A DNA stretch of 64,000 nucleotides from the human T2T-CHM13v2.0 reference genome, Homo sapiens. Of the stretch, positions 1 through 14,784 are shown piece by piece; positions within the stretch are counted from its first letter, which is position 1, and every line of letters starts with the position of its first letter. Under the pieces are notes generated by a model. The model was not told where the DNA came from and searched no databases. It saw nothing but the letters and a program-made list of their open reading frames with translations. Location of the stretch: assembly GCF_009914755.1 (NCBI RefSeq), contig NC_060929.1. The stretch is one strand, 5' to 3'. Position numbers and translations under genes: made by a program.

Positions 1-2128
1 CTGTAGAAATTGTCATATTTTGAAGAAGACTATTGGAAAACTGCCTAGACCTCTATTTGATTTGGTGTATAAGAAAATTGGGCATACAGTATAAAGGGAG
101 CCTGGAGTGCAATTACGTGTATAGATTGAATATTGTCACAGAATTGTACTGAATCACTCCTTAGCACTCAAGCAAATGATTACCAGCAGACAACGATGCA
201 TTTGAAATTCACTCCATGTTATTCTGGAACACAGTTCTGAGGGAGGCCATAAATCTTGTGTGTATGTCTAATATAAGAATGGGTCTTTCATTTTTATTTT
301 TTGGCATCACCTTAGTCATTCTTAAGTTACCAAATCATAAAATCAGAGTTGGAAGGACATCTACGGAAGTCAACTAAATCACTTCTCTGCATCAAGTTAC
401 CTACGTTTTGTGTAAACATTTCCAGGAACAAAACATTTTATGACTCCCCTAAGGAGATTGTTAAATCATTCCAATGTTTATAAGCCCTAACAGCCAGGAG
501 TTCTGTTTCCATATAGGCATCGTATTTGCCCTCATTGTTCTCTTCCTTGCTTTCTTCTCTCCCACTCCATCCAGATTCTTATTTTTTGCATCTATATTTC
601 TTTATTCAAGTAAATATGTTTTCTTTCTTTCTCCACCCCTATTGAATGTTTTTTCCTAATGTCTCAGTCTTGCATTTGTTTTTCTTGTGTTTCTTCTCAG
701 TGTTCCCAGATCTTTGATATTTAGTCCTGAATCCTCAATAAGTTTATTTTATTTTGGATTGAAAGCAAAGAAACCAAAATGTTATAAATCAAGTGGAGAG
801 AAAAATGAGGTATTGGGAAGTGTGACTATCTAAAGGGCTGTTTTCACCAACTGCAAGATTTTAAGACATTCTAGGAGGCTTAGGAGAACCTCAGTGGGGA
901 TGGCTGCCAACGTCTCTTTTAGGTTTACTAACCTAGGCAAAATTGTTGGAGATACTTGCTGGCCAACATCTTATTAGCATATATAAAGCTCTCTGTTGGA
1001 ATTTTTACAGAATCAGTTAGAGTTTAGAATACTTTTTTTAAAACATGGTTGAGGGATTCGTTTAATGAATTGAATTTTAGGGTGTTTTTGTTCTTGTAGG
1101 GATTGCCTGTAAAATAATAGCAGGTGGCATGTTAAGTCCATGGGAGACTTTGCACTTAAAGAGACATTCATTTAGGTAGATGTTTTCTATATAGAAGGTT
1201 ACCACATCAGTTTGGAGGTTGTAGCACACCTCAAATCCTAATTTTATAAGTTCCATAGAATTTTCTGAAGAATAATCTTTATTCAAAAAATCTAGAATCA
1301 CTGTTTAAGTCAATTTAGAAACAAATCCAGTGATTCTTCTTTTGTGCCCTAAATTCTTGATTTTATTTATGTTGATGATACTTCAGAGTCCTGCTGAGAT
1401 TTCACCATCAAGGCAGTCCCTTGATTTGCTTAGCATAAGTGGATATTTTGGTGCTAAGTGAGGAACACAATTATTCTCAAAGTCTCAGCTCCTGATAGCT
1501 ATAGGATTATATTCTAAAAAGGGATTATACGTATTCATCAATTTTGTGGATAAAAATAAAAGCAGTATTTTTAATTTAGCATAGTTTTTGTTAATATAAC
1601 TTACATAGACTATTTGTGCTTATGGAATTATTCATTGCAGGATGCATTCAGGAAAATATCAGTGTCTGTCAGACAAGAATTTTATGATAGAACCACTGCA
1701 GAAAGACAGATTACTGTTTTAGATGACCCAAGAGTGAGAGGATTGAAAGTTTGAAATCAGAATTCAATCACACTGGACAAAGGTTTTAGGAAGTATGCAA
1801 ATAAGAGGCTAATTAAAAAATTCTTTATAGCTAAAGAAATAAATGTACTATTTAATTGGAGTGTGATGAGGTTAGCTATGATGGATATCAGAATAAAAGC
1901 CACCCCCTTTTTTTCTAAAAGTGTGCAATGGGTGTGTGTATATGTGCATGCTCTATCCTACAAAATGAGGAGTTATGATGAATATGAAATAAGATAATGA
2001 GTGCTATAGTTACACACATGCTTAAAAGAACAATCTTTTTTATGCTGTCAACCCATAAAGTCTAAGTTGAAAATGAAAGCTGTAACCTATTGTTCCCGCC
2101 TTGGTCCTTACAAGTCTACCTTCTACAT

Positions 2129-2346
2129 TAGGAGTTGGAATTTTTTTTCTGTAAAGATCCAGACAGTAAATATTTTAGGCCTTGTGGGCCATGTGGTCTC
2201 CATTGTAACTACTCCTCTGCTGTTACAGTACAAAAACAGCTACAGACAACACAGAAATGACTGCTACAATGTTCCAACAAGATTTTATTTTCGAAAACAA
2301 GTGGCAGGTGGGATTTTGCCCAGGGACAGTAGTTTTCTGACCCCTG
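2129..2346. mobile_element. MER58A-like hAT-Charlie MITE
   Basis: Matches the recalled MER58A core 'tctgtaaagatccagacagtaaatattttaggccttgtgggcc' and has the terminal '...tttctgacccctg'; about 220 bp. Confidence 0.85.
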
Positions 2347-2882
2347 TCCTAGGTTTTTGATTTCTGTTCTTTAGATAGCTCTGTCTTTTTTACAGACACC
2401 TAGATTATTTCAAATTCTGCTTTAAGGATATTTTTAGAGGAAATTTTCAGTCCTTTTCAATCTATGTCCAGCCCAGAAGAGCCTTATTGCAGTAAGTTTT
2501 CCTTCAATGCCAGATAGTATCTCACTGGGAGAATGAGGTACTACTTTTTTTCCTTAAGTGCTAGAATTACTCCCAGAGAAGGCATGCCAAGAGTGGCAGA
2601 AAGAGGAGTGGCAAAAGATTCAGGAAACTTGAGAACCACAGGCCTTGGTTTCCTCCATGGTAAAGGAAGATATTGGGACTAGACGTTCTCCAAATTCTCT
2701 AACAGCTCTAGGATTTTATAATGTTAAATTAAGATTTGCTGCAAAGCTGATTCTGTACGCAGTCTTGGATCACTGTGTTTCACTTTTGAGCCACTTTCCT
2801 CAGACTGAACAAACAGTAGACATTGGTAACTTTTGAAGTGGAACACATTTCTTGTTTCTACCTCAGGAATTGATAAGAATGA

Positions 2883-3402
<520 letters not shown>

Positions 3403-3410
3403 TAATGCGA

Positions 3411-3970
3411 TATATTTTATCATTTCTAAGGAGCACATTTATTTTTACATTTTAACATGTGAAAAATCAGAGTGTGTCATACAATTGCTGTGATTTAGGT
3501 AGATATTGTGACGTAGTTCTTATTGCCTATACATAGACATAGAAACTGTGTGTGTGTATTTATAAATTTTCTGCAGCTTGTAAGAGAATCCAAGAGACAA
3601 TAGTGAAGCACAATTCTTACAAATGCCATTTCACTAAGGCTCTTGATAGCTCAGAGAATAATTTTATATAGAGAATTATGGATCTCAGTTACTCCGATTT
3701 ATCAGTAATTTGGATTCTGAACATGAGAAAATTTTAGAAATACTCAACCAATTTATTTTGTTCTTATTTCTTTTTACATACATGCTTGTGAGTGATGTAT
3801 GAAAAAATATATGTTTAAATAATTTCAAATGAGCTTTTATAGTAATATAAAGTTAAACTGCAAGTGATACAAAGTATTATGACATAACTTAATTGGCATT
3901 ATTTTGTCACTCAGTCATACATAAAATAATAGTGTGTTTTTATAATTGTTGGCATGTTAGATTTATAAAC
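3411..3970. mobile_element. Degenerate Tc2/Kanga-like DNA transposon fragment
   Basis: Start 'tatattttatcatttctaaggagcacattt' resembles the recalled Kanga terminus, followed by transposase-like remnants. Boundaries are approximate. Confidence 0.4.
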
Positions 3971-4563
3971 ACAATGTTATTGAGTATAGTGGGAAATGTT
4001 TGACAAGAATTAGCAAAAGAAATACAAATTAAAAAAAGAAATAAGTAAATTACAGCAGAAAACATATTTTATTTTTTACTTCAGCACTGAGAGAGGTAAA
4101 AGATGATAAAAATAAATTGAAATCTTTATGTATGTCTGAGTTGCAAAAAATTATAACAACTCTGGAAAAATGAATTTTCCTCTGCTCTCACACCATAGCA
4201 ATCAACAGAGAAAACTTCTGTGACCATATATATGAGGCTTTTTCTGACCAACAAGAAAGAAATCAATTCTGTAGCAGATACTAGGTGGGTATTCTCTAAT
4301 TCAATTCAATTCTGAAACTTCTACCTGAAGATAGTGTGTGATCCCCAAAGTTAAGCATTCATCCCCAAGACTGCCCCCTCAGTTCAGATGCCAATTAGAA
4401 GGTCCAGGTTGTTTTGCCTGTGCTTCTAACCAGCTGGCTATAAACTCAATTTTCAATGACCGGGTGTGACTAATTTGTTAGAGCAGCTCCCAGAACTCAG
4501 GGAAATGCTTTTGTTTACTGGTTTACTATAAAGGATATTACTAAAGATACAAATGAAGAGATG

Positions 4564-5460
4564 TGTAAAAGTAAGTAAATCAACATTAAAGCTGTTGGAA
4601 CTTTAAATTATTTTGAGTCTTAAAAGAATGTGATCAGGGGAACTCAGTCACATGACAGGCAGCTATGACCTACACAGCTGTATCTTTTTTTTTTGAGATG
4701 GAGTCTCGCTCTGTTGCCCAGGCTGGTGTGCAGAGGTATGATCTCTGCTTACTGCAACCTCTGCCTCCCAGGTTCAAGCCTCCTACCTACCTGCCTCCCT
4801 ACCTGAGCCTCCTGAGTAGCTGGGATTACAGGCACCCGACACCATGCCTGGTGGCTAATTTTTGTATTTTTTTAGAAGAGATGGGGTTTTGCCATGTTGG
4901 CCAGGTTGGTCTTGAACTCCTGACCTCAGGTGATCCACCTGCCTCGGCCTCCCAAAGTGCTGGGATTACAGATGTGAGCCACTGCGGCCAGCAGCAGCTG
5001 TAACTTTTGTCCCCCTGAGTATAGATTAGCCTTTTCTTTACCTACATTGTTTTGTAAAATGTGGTAAAAGACTAAAAAACCCCAGACAATATCCTTTTTC
5101 TCTTCAGTGTTGATCCTTATTACAGATTAACTTCCCTCTTCCCTTACACAAAGACCTTATGACTTTCACATTGTTTAAGATGGAATGTTAAATATACTCT
5201 TTTAAATTGGAAAAGGAAAACAGCTGTAACTAATCAAATTGCTGTAACTATAAATCACGCTTGTATGAAAAATGTAGTATAGTAATCTGGATAAATTTCT
5301 TTGTTTTCTGCCTATATAAGCAAGATCTTAACTTTGCAACTTTGGAGCACTGACCCCATTCCTTTGGAGTATTTGCTACCTGAATGGCTATTCTCAGATT
5401 TGCACTTGAATAAATTCTTCTAAGCTGGATTCTGATCCTTTTAATTATTTCAGGTTGACA
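4564..5460 (+). mobile_element. ERV1-class solo LTR (subfamily unassigned) containing an Alu
   Basis: TG...CA ends (tgtaaaag…ttgaca), 4-bp TSD GATG at 4560-4563 and 5461-5464, TATA 'cctatataag' near 5311 and AATAAA at 5409-5414. Confidence 0.85.
4685..4992 (-). mobile_element. AluS nested in the ERV1 LTR
   Basis: Antisense dimeric Alu; near-TSD cagctgtatctttt / cagctgtaactttt. Confidence 0.95.
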
Positions 5461-6654
5461 GATGCATAGGGTGAGGGACAGGAAGTGGCATAGAGCTTCC
5501 ATGCTCTTCCCAGGGGTGCTACTCTTCAGGAAACTTCATGTGTTTGGCTATCCAGAAGCTCTCCCAACCCTGTCTTCTTTGGGTTTTTATGAAGGATTTA
5601 TCACAAAGGCATGACTGATCAAACCACTGACCATTGGTGATCAATTTAACCCTCAGTCTCTCGCTTCAACCTAGATTTTGTGGGGTGGGGCTAAAAGTTC
5701 CAACCCACTAATTATACCTTGGATTTTTTCAGGGACAAGCCTCTATCCTGAAGCTACCTAGAGGCTGCCGGCCACCATTTACACACATTAACATACATAA
5801 AAATATCACTGGAGATTCTAAGAATTTTAGGAATTGTATGTCAGAAAAATGGGGTCAAAGACCAAATATGTATTCTACAATATCACAGAATGCCTCTATC
5901 AATGAGAGACAAATAAACTAAGATTGCCAGAATTATGCAATGAAGCCTCCTGAAGAACATGCACCTTGCCTGTGTTTGCATCAATGTCCTGAGTGTACAG
6001 ACCAATGCCTGGCACAGAGCTGGCTGCCCATTATTTTTTCTTGAATGTGAATGAGGATAAGAGGACCTCTTGAGCAAAATTGGTACACAGGAGATGATAA
6101 ATCTATGCAGCCCTTCATGATGATATGAAGAGTTGGGGAAAGAGCCCTGGTCACAAATTAAGTCTTCTTTTGGCTCTGAAGGATTAAGAAGGTTTATAAA
6201 AAAGTTACTCTTACCCTTGAGCTCTGAATTCACATTTGACAAAGAAACATGAGTCAACAGCACTGATATTCAGAATTGTATGCGTTGGTACTGAAACTGT
6301 GGCCTTGATAAAAGAAGTTATCTAACTTGAATTAAATGAGAACCAAATATGAGTTAGCATTGAACTTTTAAAAATAATTCATCAATTCAAATCTGAGCAA
6401 AACACTTTCTAATGGTATTCTATGATTAAGCAATCCTTTACACAGTCGCCTTAGAGAAGAATTAAAAAGCTTCGGGATATCAGTTTCGATATCAATTTTG
6501 ATAGAAGCAGACGCTAACTGACAGCATTCTTATAGAACTTTTTCCATATGGTCTCCAGTATGTTTTGTTCCTGCAATTTTTAGAGTCTGGAGTACTTTGG
6601 GAAGCTTAGGTGTCATCACCACCCAAGCAAAACGAAATTCTTACAAAATTCACA

Positions 6655-6743
6655 AAAGAATATATATATATATATAATATATATAATATAAAGAATATAT
6701 ATAATATAAAGAATATATATATAATATAAAGAAAATATATATA
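6655..6743. repeat. AT-rich minisatellite, about 4 copies of AAAGAATATATA(TA)nATAT
   Basis: Visible repeated 'aaagaatatatata…atat' units. Confidence 0.85.
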
Positions 6744-7294
6744 TTTTGCTAGAGCAATAAATTTACTTTAAAAAAGATGTTAAGGTGTTGAGATAAAAGT
6801 CTTGCTGGGGTATTCAGAAGTTTAGTATGTACATACAGGTCTTAGCTTCCTCCAATATAAAATTATCTAATTCTAAATTTTTATTAAGCTTCTCTTTTGA
6901 CATTGTACACTCTAGGAATAAATACATAAAAACACAAAAATACGTACTTAGGGTTTAGTTGAGAAGATGATGGTAATATGCATTAAGAAATTAGAATATT
7001 GTTCTATATATAAGGATTAACAGTTTGTGGGAGAAATTTTAAGTGAGATAGAAATGCTAAGGCATGAAAGATTAGTGAGGGCAAGCGTTTTCACTGAAGT
7101 CTTGGAGGAGGTGAATCTTCATCATAATTTTGGTAGACCAAGATAGAAGGGTTGACTATTTTATCAAGGGGGCTGAGTGAAATATCACAGATGGAGATAG
7201 TTTACATTGATGTAAATGGCCTGAACGCAGTGGAGGAGAAGAATCTGGGAGTAGGAACAAATATTTAGGTGAGTAAAATAAAACCGTTGATAGA

Positions 7295-7870
7295 ATAACA
7301 TTCCACAAATAGCAATGACATGCATACCAGCCTCCCCAGTGCTGGTGAGTCAATGGTGGACAAGATAGATGTGATCCCTTTCCTCATGCAGCTTATATTC
7401 TAGTTGGGTTCAGCAAACAAAACAAAACAAAAACCCAGTAAGCAAAGAACCAACGGAAGCAAGTTTGTGGTAAGTCATTGTAACAATATCAACAACAACT
7501 AGATGCTGCAGCAGTCAGCATTGGAGGTGAAGGACATTTTAGGTAGGGTGGGGAAAGCACCTCCAAGGAGTTGACTTTGAACCAAGACCTAAAGAAAGAA
7601 AAAGAGCCAGATAAGGAAAGCAGTGGGTAGGGACAAGGTATCAAAGAATTTGATGGGTTCTACAAACTAACAGAAGTTGAGAGCCTGGAGTAAAGTAAGA
7701 AGGGGACACATGGTTCAAGGTGAACTAAAAAGGCATTCAGGAACTAGATCATGTAGGATATTGAGAAGCAGAGGAGAGAATTTAAAATTTGTTTTAAGTG
7801 AAATGAATGGGAATTTTTGGAGACCAAATATGACCACACATAATTTATGTTTTTAAAAGTTTCCTTTGTT
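7295..7870 (-). mobile_element. L2 3' fragment
   Basis: Degenerate antisense L2 3' end ('caagatagatgtgatccctttcctcatgcagcttatattctagttggg'). Confidence 0.6.
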
Positions 7871-7954
7871 TTTATGTGTAGGAAATTAGGAGATAATGTT
7901 TTTCATAACCACCACCCCCACCATCATCATCATCAAGCTACCTACCATACCATA

Positions 7955-8185
7955 CATGACAGCACTTACCATGTATCACATAATATTCTATGTACTCAGA
8001 AAGTGCTGACCCATTAATCCTTATAACAGTCCCATGAAGTAGGTACCATTATTGTCCTCTCAATTTAGAGAGAAAAATAGAAGGGCACTAGGAGGTTAAT
8101 TATTTTGTCCAGATTTACACAATTAATAAATGAAAAGTCTAAGCTTTGAACTGAGGCAGTTTGTGCTCCTAATCACTGTGGTGTT
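7955..8185 (-). mobile_element. MIR
   Basis: Antisense MIR core: 'taatccttataacagtcccatgaagtaggtaccattattgtcc…gaggttaattattttgtccagatttacaca'. Confidence 0.7.
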
Positions 8186-8509
8186 CTATAAGCAAAAACC
8201 AGGAAATAATATAGGCTTGCTGTAGTCTATGAGAAATACATTAGTTTCTTGAACTTGGCAGTTGAACGGACAGGACTTGGTGATAGATTAGACGTTAAAT
8301 TTCTAGGCAGGGGTGGCAATAATAAGACAGAAGTCCAGAATGATGCCTAAATTTCACAAGCTGGATTACAGGAAACCCTAAAAGTGAGACAGAGGTTTGT
8401 GTTGATGAATAGGAATATGGTGAAACATAATAATTTTGAGAAGTGTAGTGACAGAATACGCTTGTTTAAGAAGGATGCATTTGACATGGGGTATAATGAA
8501 TCAGAATTT

Positions 8510-9088
8510 TAAAGGAGTGAAGGATATGCCATCTCAATGCATGATAATTGGTAAATTGATTATTTTGAGTTGAAAACCTTGGAAAAATCGTAGTTACAGA
8601 AACAAGTAGATGACCTATCTTTTCTTCCACACAGCAAGCCATAAAGATTCCTCTGGGAGGTGTACCCTCACAGAACCAGGGCAAGAAAATAGCCCTTATC
8701 ATAAGAGACTGGGAACTGGGGGGCTACAATGGACCTGGATAAATATACTTTCCAAAGTACCCCTTATCTTCCAGGAGTTTTATACCCTTCTGTGTATCTC
8801 CTTGTGACTACCCTAGAAATTTACCGCTTCTAGTTAGATACCATTTATCCTGTCATTTCTTCTCAAATTTATCATTCTTTGTCTAAGAAGTATAAAAGCA
8901 TCTTGCTTTGGCTACTCCAGACTTCACTCTCTTGTGAAGATGCCCATGTACATGTAAAACTAATAAACTTTGTATGTTTTTCTCTTATTAATCTGCCTGG
9001 TGTTAATTTGGTTTCTAGATTCAGACAAAGAGCCTAGATAAGAGCTAAAGGAGAGATTGGAGGTGATCTCTCTCTCACTCCCCTACCA
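8510..9088 (+). mobile_element. MER34-like ERV1 solo LTR
   Basis: Start 'aaggagtgaaggatatgcc…gattattttgagttgaa', TATA 'agtataaaagc' near 8890, 'ctaataaac' near 8961, end 'ctcccctac'. Confidence 0.7.
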
Positions 9089-10679
9089 TTACAAAATCTG
9101 AGAGTCAAGACGTTTTGGAAGGAGACTGCTGCAAATAACTCTTCTGTTAGAAGTTGGGGGGCTTGCATCATGTAATTTATATTACATATACAATTTCCAC
9201 AAATATCCCTTAAACATCAAGCCAACAAAGTAAAATATCCAGGGCCTCCATCTTAAGAGGGGGCCAGGTTTAGGATAATTTTTCTAACAGTCTCTTGAGA
9301 TTTATTCCTGTTTGCATTTTGAGCAAAATGATTTCAAAACATGACATTAAAAAGCACCAAATAGCAACAAAAATTAAAATGTTTGCTTTCCTTTATTTAA
9401 CACATATTGAGTGTTAATTTTCTGTGTTCTACAAAGTACAGATAATTATGCTTTGTCACTGCCCTGCAGGAGTTTACTCTCTGCAGCAGATAACATTAAC
9501 ATGCCATTTCAATTTCACACAGGACTAGGTCACATAAAGTCAGAAGCTGAGAAAAGGTGCTTTTTTGAGGGGGACTTTAAATGTTTAAATAAAGCAGAAG
9601 CAGAAGAAGCTGGAGGCAGCTTGAGGGGGGTGGGCGTGAAATGAAATGCATATGTTTCCATATCAGATAGCTCATGAAACCTCAGGGTGGGGGCCGGGTA
9701 GGACCAGAGAAGGGGAAGACTGTAAATGAGCCAATAATAAACTAAGTAGGAGTGGTCAGACCTGAGTGGGGTGGCACAAGACACATACAATTCAGAATCT
9801 TTTTAATGGGACTCTTGGGAAAAAGAGGCTGAACATTTTGGCTATGATCCTAAGAGCTGGGAGCTCTCAGAGAAGAGTGTGACATGGTGAGAGTGCTAAA
9901 TGGAGAAGAAAGCTATGCTCCCTGAGACTATTGCTGTCAGGTAAAGAGAAATTGTACCTGCCTAGGTGAGAAGTGGTCAAGTTTTAGGCGAAGACAGTGG
10001 CAGACAAAGGAAAGGAAAGGAGGGTATGCAGTTATCCAACTACAGCATTTTAGAGCTGGATGATGCCTTAATCGTAATCTTCTGGATGAGAAATTGTGAT
10101 TATATCATTTACTATTTGAGTGACATTGAGCCAGTTTCCTAATATCACTGACAGCCAGTTTTACTAATTTGTAAAATAGTGTCCTGGGAATGTTGTGAGG
10201 CTCCACTGAGATGATGTATGTGTGTTGTAAACCACAATAGATAGTAGATAGGAAAGATATAATTATAGGAGTCATTTTGAAAAAAAAGAAGTGATAGATT
10301 TTGGCAATAGATTCCATGTATGGAGTGAAAGAGATGAGTCAGAGTTTAGTCATTAACACATTCTGTTCTATTTTGGCCATATGTATTTATGAGACTATAA
10401 ATGAAGATTAGCATTCACTAAGAGGCTTATTGGTAAAACAGTTTTCTATGTTGGCCTTTTGTACTATAACTCTCAAACATTTCATAGCTGGAAAATCAGT
10501 CATTTTAATTGTGTTTGATTACTGAGTTCTATCAGTTTATCACAAACTGATATACATAGGGTTTGAATAAGGTATTTGATTTTGGATGAAGACCTTGGCC
10601 TTGCTCTTCAGTGTCATCCTTGGATACTCTTGTCACCTTCAGCAGCTATGGTTTACTAGTGATTGCCTTGCGTAAGGAG

Positions 10680-11011
<332 letters not shown>

Positions 11012-13942
11012 TAGCAGAGTATTTTATAGAATCATTATGTAGCTCTTGTTTCAGATCCACCATTACAAAAAGAGTCCAAATACTGCATTACAGTTTGCTC
11101 AAAGAAACTGTGAAACCGAATCTCTCCCACAGATAGGAACCAGAAGACAAAATTACCTATTTAGATACACGCACTGGTGCCAATGTAGCAAAAGGATGTT
11201 TTATTTCCAAAAGAATACAAAAAGAAATTCCAGTTTATTGGCTGATACGCCTGTTCACAGTTTACTTTCACTTTTGCTAAATATATATTTAAGTTTCATC
11301 AATTCTGAAATCTTCTGTATTCATCCTCACAAACCCCTACTACCTACGTATCATATTCTTACAATCTTATGGCATCATTCCTCTTGAATAGGCAAAAGAG
11401 AAATAGAAGAGTCTTGTGACAACTATTGGTACCCAGGTGAATATCCTTTTAAGGACTAACTGGAAAGGACAGATTGTAAGAGGCAGATATACTCAAACAA
11501 AGCTGTATGTGCCCACTTCTTAGATTTAGAAGCAAGGTTAACAGGTTCACATGCACCACCCTGCAAATCTCACACAGCATCCTGCCTCTGTGGCATTTTA
11601 ATGAACCTGAGTATTTGACTCTCCCAGTTGGATATATGTATTTTTTTCTGACTTATTGTAAATTTATGGAGGCAGAAGTATTATTAGGAAAAATAATTTT
11701 GTTAAGTAACAGTAGCAGTGGAGCTCCCTGGTGCTCTCTCCAAATCTACAAAGGAAGAGCACACCTAGTTTGGGGACTATTTAACAACACCTCTTAAATA
11801 TTAAATAAAAGAGCAAATCATTCTGGCTCCTATAGAAACCTCAGATTGATGGAAGACCTTAAAGTTGAGCTCAAAAAAGGGCAAACTTCTTTCTCTTAGC
11901 TACATCTAAGAAACTGATTTGCCTGCCTGACACAGTACTGTCTATCAGGATCCTGTCACTTAACAAAATTATTTTTCCTGACAACACTTCTGCCTCCATA
12001 AATTTAATACATTCATAAAACACTTCTTATACCCTCCCTGCCTGTGATTATTCTACTTAATTTCATCATACAGGTATGCTCGTTTGTTCTGTCAGCAGTC
12101 TCTCTATCATCTAAGAGATTTTTTTTAGTTATTCATTCAACAAACATATGCGTGTTCCCTCTGTGAGATTCTCTGTTAGACTCCGTGTTTAAATTATAAT
12201 TGGCTCATGATGCTAGATAGTAAAATAGGAACCATCTGCCATAGAAGCAGAGAAAAAAATCGAACTGTACAGTTGTGAATTTGTAATTTGGAAAAGATGG
12301 GATCCATTCATGAAATGGAAAGGGGTCCAATACAAGTACATTGTAGTTATCAAGTGACCAGGGATGAGTTTTCTGATTTCCGTGCCAGACCATGTGGGTC
12401 TTCTGTGCCATGTAAAGCAAACTCTCATCTTCCATCGGCCTCTCTGAGTTCGCCTGCAGGTGCAGAATGAGACAGTTTCTGTAACATTGACATCTTTCCA
12501 CCTTAGAAATATCTGCTTCTCTCTTCTCTGCCTGAAATCTTTCTCTAGTACCTTGGGAAATGATTATGTTTCAAGTAACACAAATTGGAAGTGGTGTTAA
12601 TATGACTAAGAGCACTCTCAACAAATGGAGTTGGGAGTCAATGCTCCAGCCACAATGCAATTGTAAGGTGTGTTTCAGACACAAGGGCCTATAGTGTATT
12701 TAGCTGCAGTTGCCTGTCGTATTAAGCTACTTACTAAGGCAGGATTTATAGACTTTTCTACCTTCCCTGTCAAACCTTTTTCATGCCATCATTTGTACTT
12801 CCGGGATCACCCTCAAAGAACCAACCTGCACCCAGATCATTGTTTCAAACTATGACATTATGATAGAGTATGGGCCTAATCCTTAGGCTATTAGGAGGCA
12901 GTTATGAATTTTAAAGCAGAGAAAGATATGAACTGATTTCCATTTAGAAACAGAAAGTTCATGGTCTGAAGTGTGGAGAATCTATTGCAGCTAGACAGGA
13001 CTGGAGGCAAGAACAGTACAAAGTTGAGTAAATCTGGGCAAGAAATGAATAACTGCGAGAAGAAGACAAAGAAGATAATTCTTTTTTTCTCCCAGCTTCA
13101 TTAAGGTATACTTGCCAAATAAAAATTGTATATATTTAAGGTATACTATGTCATATTTTGATATCCTTACACATTGTGAAATGATTACCACAATCAAGCC
13201 AAAGGACATATATGTTACCTCAAATAGTTATTTTTTTGTGGTAAGAACACTGAAGATCTACTCTTAGCAAATTTCAAATATAGGATTCAGTATTATTAAC
13301 TGTAGTCATGCTGTACATTAGATCTCTAGAACATATTGATCCTGCATAACTGACTCTTTGTATCCTTTCACCAACATCTTCACATTTCCCCCACCTGGCA
13401 GCTTCGGCCAACTAACATTTTCCTCTTTGCTTTTATGAGTTCAAGTTTTTTAGATTCTACATATAAGTGAGGTCATGCAGTATTTGTCTTTCTGTGTCTG
13501 GCTTATTTCAATTACCATAATGTCCTTCAGGTTCATCCATATTGCCAAAAATGGCAGGCTTTTGTCCTTTTTTGAGGCTGAATAATATTCCATTTCTTTG
13601 TGAATGTGTATACATCACATTTTCTTTATCCATTCATCCATTGACACGTTGTTTCCATATCTTGGCTATTGTGAATAATGCTACAATGAACATGGGAATG
13701 CAGATATCTCTTTGACATATGGATTTCATTTCCATTGGATATATACCCACAACAGGGATTGCAGGATCATACAGTAGTTCTGTTTTTGTTTTTTTGAAGA
13801 ATCTCCATACCATGTGCAATAATGGCTGTACCAATTTACATTCTCACCATCAGTGTGCAAGGGTTCTCTTTTCTCCACATTCTCACCAACACGTGTTACT
13901 CTTGTCTTTTTGATAATAGCCATCCTAATAGGTGCAAAATAA

Positions 13943-14303
<361 letters not shown>

Positions 14304-14784
14304 TCAACATCTTTTTATATACCTGTTGGCCATTTTTGTTTCTTCTTTGGAAAAATGTCTCTTCAGGTCCTTTGCCTATTTTTAAATTGGGCTATATTTA
14401 AATTGGGTTAAATTTGCTATTGAGTTGCTTGAGTTCCTTATATATTTTGGATATTAACACCTTATTAGATATATGGTTTGCAAATATTTCCTCCCATTCT
14501 ATAGGCTGTCTTTTTAACTGGATTGTTTCCTTTGAGATGTAGAAGTTTTTAATGTAATACAATCTCTTCTTTTGACACCCGTGCTTCTGATGTCATATCA
14601 AAAAACTAGTTGCTCATACCAATGACAGGAAGGTTTACCCTATTTTTTCTTACAAAAGTTTTATGATTTCAGGTCTTATATTTAAGCATTTAATCAATTT
14701 TGAGTTTAATTTTGTATATGATGTGAGATAAGGGTCCAATTTTATTCTTCTGCATGTGAATATCCAGTTTTCCCAGTAACACTT

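Larger units (their letters stand above)
4158..5887 (-). mobile_element. MER21-type LTR, split by a nested LTR at 4564-5460
   Basis: Right end 'agaccaaatatgtattctacaatatcaca' is the reverse complement of the recalled MER21 start. The sequence is continuous across the insert (…gaagagatg|…|gatgcataggg). Confidence 0.85.

Noticed and set aside
1077-1301. Minus-strand ORF/exon (ILDFLNKDY…LIKLGFEVCYN) with a superficial caspase-like 'LGFEV' motif
   Set aside because: Only a five-residue match, the flanks are dissimilar, splice sites are mediocre and no partner exons were found.
6440-6510. Plus-strand peptide LREELKSFGISVS resembling the short-chain dehydrogenase 'LRRELxxFGVxV' motif
   Set aside because: It is bounded by stops and lacks the upstream YxxxK and downstream EPG motifs; probably chance.
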